Source: Cystobasidiomycetes sp. EMM_F5 (lineage: Eukaryota). From it: DNA of 53,297 nucleotides. A program made the translations under genes and the position numbers. Of this stretch, positions 49,581 through 53,297 are shown in pieces; the stretch's first letter is position 1; every line of letters begins with the position of its first letter. The stretch spans positions 62,001 through 115,297 of the forward strand of contig JBPGPT010000042.1 in NCBI GenBank assembly GCA_051047955.1, read 5' to 3'. The notes under the pieces were generated by a model that made no database searches, was not told the origin of the DNA, and saw nothing but the letters and a program-made list of their open reading frames with translations.

Positions 49581-50123
49581 TCATACATATCCGTACCGCT
49601 TGACCGGTTTCTTCGTTCGAGTACAAGTCCGTCGCATCTGCGTGTCCGGCGGTGGAGCTGATGCACTTCTCGCGTGTGGTTGCGAAGCGGCAGAAACGGA
49701 TGAGGACCGACGTCCCCGAGTCGGATGGGATGGTCCGCTGGTACTGGCTTCCAATGCAACGGGAGGCGCATGCCACGGGTATTTGGCCAATTTACGATTT
49801 ACATCGTTAACCCAAGCTGCGACAGGGTCTGCATGCTCTTGCGGCTGCGACCCTGAAGGTTCTTGCCCTGGTAATGTCAGACCGCGAGGGGCTTGAGATT
49901 GCGATACTCTTCGTGCCATCCGCTCGTCAAGCCTCAGTGGGCGCAATAGAGGCGGGAAACGATCTTCGGAAGCGCCACTAACAATGGACGTGTTGCTTTC
50001 ATAACTTTCATGGCTGCTTGGTGGAGTGACACTGTACTGTCGTGCAACAGTCTCCAGGCGCGGAAGGGTCGTTGAAGAACGCGGGCGTTTGGCAAGTCGC
50101 GCTTGCGCAGGATTCTGACTCAT
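49581..50123 (-). CDS. Intronless disordered basic orphan protein, tandem family member 3
   Basis: First ATG at 50123 (MSQNPAQ). C-terminus RRTCTRTKKPVKRYGYV*. Confidence 0.55.
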   Translation of the reverse strand: MSQNPAQARLAKRPRSSTTLPRLETVARQYSVTPPSSHESYESNTSIVSGASEDRFPPLLRPLRLDERMARRVSQSQAPRGLTLPGQEPSGSQPQEHADPVAAWVNDVNRKLAKYPWHAPPVALEASTSGPSHPTRGRRSSSVSAASQPHARSASAPPPDTQMRRTCTRTKKPVKRYGYV

Positions 50124-50595
50124 TTGGATTGACGAACGCGCGCTGTTGGAGTTTAGGGAATGCTGAGAATTCACTAAGAAACAGCGAAAGCGCCGTCCTT
50201 TTCACTTGAGCATGGCACTGCCTCGCTGTGACAAACTGGACTGACACGCTCAGTTAGCATCGCTTAGCTATGCTCGCGCTGTGTATCGTGTCTCACAGTC
50301 ATGGCAGTGCAAGAATGGACCGCATGCAGCCGAGTTAGTCAATCTGTAACAAACTTGCTGTCAGCCAAGTACTGCGTGGCCTCCAGGGGGACTCGGGAAT
50401 TATAGATGTCAACCCTGAACTTGAAAGGTCGACAGACATTGTTTCGACAGGTTTTAGGAATGAGATGACAAGTCTTGAAGGCACTTCAACGGTGAATAGC
50501 TCATATTACAACATGTGGTCGTTTCGACTGTTACGGTTTTTCCAAGATATTTCGAGCGAATGAGCATCTCCATACTCCATTACAACAGCGTCACA

Positions 50596-51186
50596 TTAAG
50601 CACGAGGAGCACGACGTTGTCGCTCATTAGTATTGCCAGAACTACTCTGTGCATTTTGGGCCCCTCTGCTTGGACTGCCACTTCTCAACGCAAGGTTTGA
50701 AGTGGATCGAGAGGAAGCTGGAGCAGAGTCACTACGCGCCAACTGCCTACCGCTATACGCAAAGAAGCGGTCGTCTAGGTCTGACTGTCGGCCGACCCAA
50801 TTCGGCGCAGATTGTCCAGACGAACTGGAAGAACGAGGTTCCCGAGATGCGCTGGAGGAACGATTCGTACCATACTGGTATCGTTCATCCTCATCAGGAG
50901 ATGAGTTCTCCGGCGAGCGATTGCGCGTACGCCCGCGAAGGCCATCAGGAAAGCGTGCTCCAGGGCCGAGACTGGGGCGCATTGGAAGAGTCGTCGTAAC
51001 CGGGAAATGGTTCCGACCATTTGGATTGCGCTCCTGACTACCATCTGACGAAGCGGAGTGTGCATGTGATTGCGGTTGGTCGTCAGCAGGCGGCCATCGG
51101 CGATACAGATAGCGTCGCCAGTTACGAAGACGCTGCCGCTCCCGCTCTTCGTCGGTTATGTTTACGGGAATGGTAGTGTTAGACAT
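50596..51186 (-). CDS. Intronless R/S-rich orphan protein
   Basis: ATG 51186 (MSNTTIPVNITDEERERQRLRNWRRYLYRRWPP), with TATTTAAA about 55 nt upstream. Confidence 0.55.
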   Translation of the reverse strand: MSNTTIPVNITDEERERQRLRNWRRYLYRRWPPADDQPQSHAHSASSDGSQERNPNGRNHFPVTTTLPMRPSLGPGARFPDGLRGRTRNRSPENSSPDEDERYQYGTNRSSSASREPRSSSSSGQSAPNWVGRQSDLDDRFFAYSGRQLARSDSAPASSRSTSNLALRSGSPSRGAQNAQSSSGNTNERQRRAPRA

Positions 51187-51240
51187 TGTTGTCCTTTGGC
51201 ACTGTGGCAAGCGAATTGGCCAACCGTGAATTGAGGAGCG

Positions 51241-51248
51241 TTTAAATA
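51241..51248 (-). promoter_or_regulatory. Putative TATA element (TATTTAAA)
   Basis: Minus-strand TATTTAAA ~55 nt upstream of ATG 51186. The same octamer has near-identical spacing upstream of the SRPBCC gene. Confidence 0.45.
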
Positions 51249-51764
51249 GTCCACTGAGCATAGCTTTATGCACAGCATTCCAACGAAGAGTACTGCGCTT
51301 ACGTGTGATAGCGTTCACACCGCAACAACAACAGGCGCTGCCTAGCTGTGCTGGGGTGGAGCAGGTTGACTGTAGTCACAGAAGGGATCCGTTCAGTGCG
51401 AGAATGCTCACAAGGCTCGGAAATTTGCTTGCGAGTTCGTGTCAGTGCCAGTCATCAGTATCAGAGTAATAGCATCAGATTCGTTAGCATTAGCTCGGCA
51501 CGAGTCAGCTAGATAGGACATTACGACCGCTTCAAGTTATTGCACGACAACTTGTAGCGATCCCGTGTGTCCGCCATGTCTGTCAGATCTACTTGTAAAT
51601 CACCACCAACAACCATTAGCGGACTGCTCTCGAAAGCCGGTTGATTTAAGACAGGCCAGGTATTAATCAGACAAGTCTCGCACAGCGCATGGAACAGTTA
51701 CATGTGGCATCACTGCCAAATCGATCCGTTCAAGGATTCAGAGTATTATGATGCAGCACAGCCA

Positions 51765-52371
51765 TCAGTGCACTGCTGCACTCTGACTCTGAGCTGCTGC
51801 CCATTTCTTCTCTGCTGCTGCCTTGAGGTCCTCATTCACCTTTTTCCATCCAACATTGGAAGCGCCCTTTGAGCCAATGGCGCTCATAATCATCGACACT
51901 GCGCCCTTCATATCCTCGTGCTGACTGAATATAGTCTTGTTGGGATCATCTGGCGCAGGGTTCCAGTAGTAGTGGTGTGCTGCACCTCCCAGAAGGGGAA
52001 ACGAGTTTGCCCAGCAAAAGTGGGTGGGAGTGTTTGTCTGCGAGGAGTAAGAGGTAGGTGAGTGCTGTGTTCATAAGATGTAAGATACAGACTGGCCTAC
52101 ATCGCATTTACTCTTAAAGGACATGCTTGGCATGGTGCACTTTACGGCATCCCCCTTTACGAGCTCCATGCCGGTCGTCTTTCCCGGTGCTTCTACGACG
52201 ATGGCCTTCCAGAAGGAGCCGTCGTGCCATGTGTGCAGGTTGGGAAAGTCGAGAAACTGGTGCATACCAGAGTCAGTTATAGATTAGAGTCGCCACCATT
52301 TCATCCCGACTGACCGTCTCTCGGACAATGTGAGGGGGTGCGTTGATGAGTATTTCCGAATCAATCTTCAT
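51765..52371 (-). CDS. SRPBCC / Polyketide_cyc2 (Bet v1-like) protein, 3 exons
   Basis: Spliced MKIDSEILINAPPHIVRET|FLDFPNLHTWH..KSKCD|TNTPTHFCWANSFPLLGGAAHHYYW..KTIFSQHEDMKG..GWKKVNEDLKAAAEK. Confidence 0.8.
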
Positions 52372-52421
52372 GGTGCTGTTGGATGGGATGGGAAGAAGGC
52401 AGGAGCAGCAGTGTGCTTGCC

Positions 52422-52429
52422 TTTAAATA
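52422..52429 (-). promoter_or_regulatory. Putative TATA element (TATTTAAA)
   Basis: About 50 nt upstream of ATG 52371, followed by a CT-rich leader. Confidence 0.5.
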
Positions 52430-52872
52430 CCTGACTAATCCATCAGTGATCGGCCCTATGTACCGATGACGCCGTTATCTTATCCCCCTTCGGCACGACA
52501 TGGCCAGCACCGCATGCAGCGAGCGGACAGGCACGCAGCTAGCGGGCGGATGGATCACCGAGTGGATACCATTGCGCGCACTTTGCGAGCGGGATGACGG
52601 GGAACTCGCTCGGGTGTTGTCGAGTCCGTCTTCAGATTCAAAGCGGAGACGGCCAAGACGGGCTACTGATGTATCGTCAAGACTGCCTGATGGCTGATGG
52701 ATGGCGATAGTATGATGGTGTTAGTATATGTCAAGACTTCCAAGACCCACCCTCACATACCCGCACCAGCTAAGGAATTACAGCCTGATGTTGGGAGCTA
52801 CGGCTGCATGACAGTTGATGATGCGACGAGGATAGCTTGAATAGTCCAACTCGCGGGGCGTGTATTCAGCCT

Positions 52873-53297
52873 TCATCTATAATTGCTTGTCAGTCCCATC
52901 AGCGTCAGTGTCAGTATCATATAACCATCAGCCTCGTCTTTGTTGGCACTTGCATAGCCCTCGACCGCACCAACTGAGGGATACTGAAAGATGGGCGCAC
53001 TCCTCTCGATACCACTCCTCGGAGGCGCTGGGAGCATGCTGGCCGGTCGGTGCCCAGTCGCGCTGGATGCAAAGCCACGTCGAGGCTGATGTTTGATATC
53101 TGATATCTGATGACCAGGCGCCGGGCTGAGCTGCGTCGGCGGGCTGCTCGGAGCGTGCACTGGACGTGCTGCGACTGCCTTTTGCAAGTCGTGCAACTGC
53201 AACTCGTCCGTAGCGACTCGCCTGGGCTTCTCCGTGATTCTGCTGCTAAACAGCATGCTCTCGTGGATCATGCTCTCGGATTTCGCCGTAAAGAGGC
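52873..53297 (-). CDS. 3' part of an unidentified gene entering from the right edge
   Basis: The frame is open to the window edge with Pro/Ser-rich composition. The true 3' end could be altered by splicing. Confidence 0.4.
   Translation of the reverse strand, partial: LFTAKSESMIHESMLFSSRITEKPRRVATDELQLHDLQKAVAARPVHAPSSPPTQLSPAPGHQISDIKHQPRRGFASSATGHRPASMLPAPPRSGIERSAPIFQYPSVGAVEGYASANKDEADGYMILTLTLMGLTSNYR

Noticed and set aside
47114..50123. Orphan array as an LTR retrotransposon remnant
   Set aside because: No gag, protease, RT, RNase H or integrase core, LTRs or PBS are visible. Only a short tail-like motif is shared.
44268..52371. SnoaL-like, enoyl reductase and SRPBCC 'polyketide cyclase' genes as a secondary-metabolite cluster
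   Set aside because: There is no PKS, NRPS or terpene synthase. ETR1 and ERG28 are primary-metabolism genes, and these folds are generic.
38..53096. Numerous 60-150 aa antisense or overlapping ORFs in the ORF track
   Set aside because: They are shadows of real exons on the opposite strand or frame, many with non-ATG starts and no recognisable motifs.

Overview
Eukaryotic, gene-dense, intron-rich fungal DNA. Introns are mostly ~50-80 nt GT-AG with CTRAC-type branch points. The protein families point to a basidiomycete, possibly a Pucciniomycotina yeast (inference). About 32 protein-coding loci can be reconstructed by hand. In order: DUS1 (3'-truncated), LCL2, a BTB-like gene with a premature TAG, a SAM methyltransferase, a Ysc84/SYLF protein, a 79-aa CHZ-like protein, an RWDD2-like protein, DNM1, a type I phosphoglycerate dehydrogenase, a SET-domain/Tad3 fusion, GRASP/GRH1, arylsulfatase, a phytase-like phosphatase, an LRR protein, an ABHD11-like hydrolase, a HUL5/UBE3C-like HECT ligase, queuosine salvage protein, a GH5 glucanase, PET127, an unknown protein, MED19, ERG28, a SnoaL-like protein, ETR1, an SRPBCC protein and a partial gene at the right edge. 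Six intronless low-complexity orphan ORFs lie at 40.5-51.2 kb. No rRNA, tRNA, CRISPR or intact transposon was seen. Most notable: (1) the SET lysine-methyltransferase domain spliced in frame to the tRNA A34 deaminase subunit Tad3; (2) a tandem array of disordered orphan paralogs sharing a C-terminal R-x-x-[RK]-x-x-x-R-Y motif; (3) a one-intron type I PGDH that may be horizontally acquired; (4) a single-UAG-interrupted BTB gene; (5) a 4-nt microexon and GC-AG introns; (6) an 18-unit pentapeptide repeat in Pet127. All family assignments are from motif recognition; no database searches were run.
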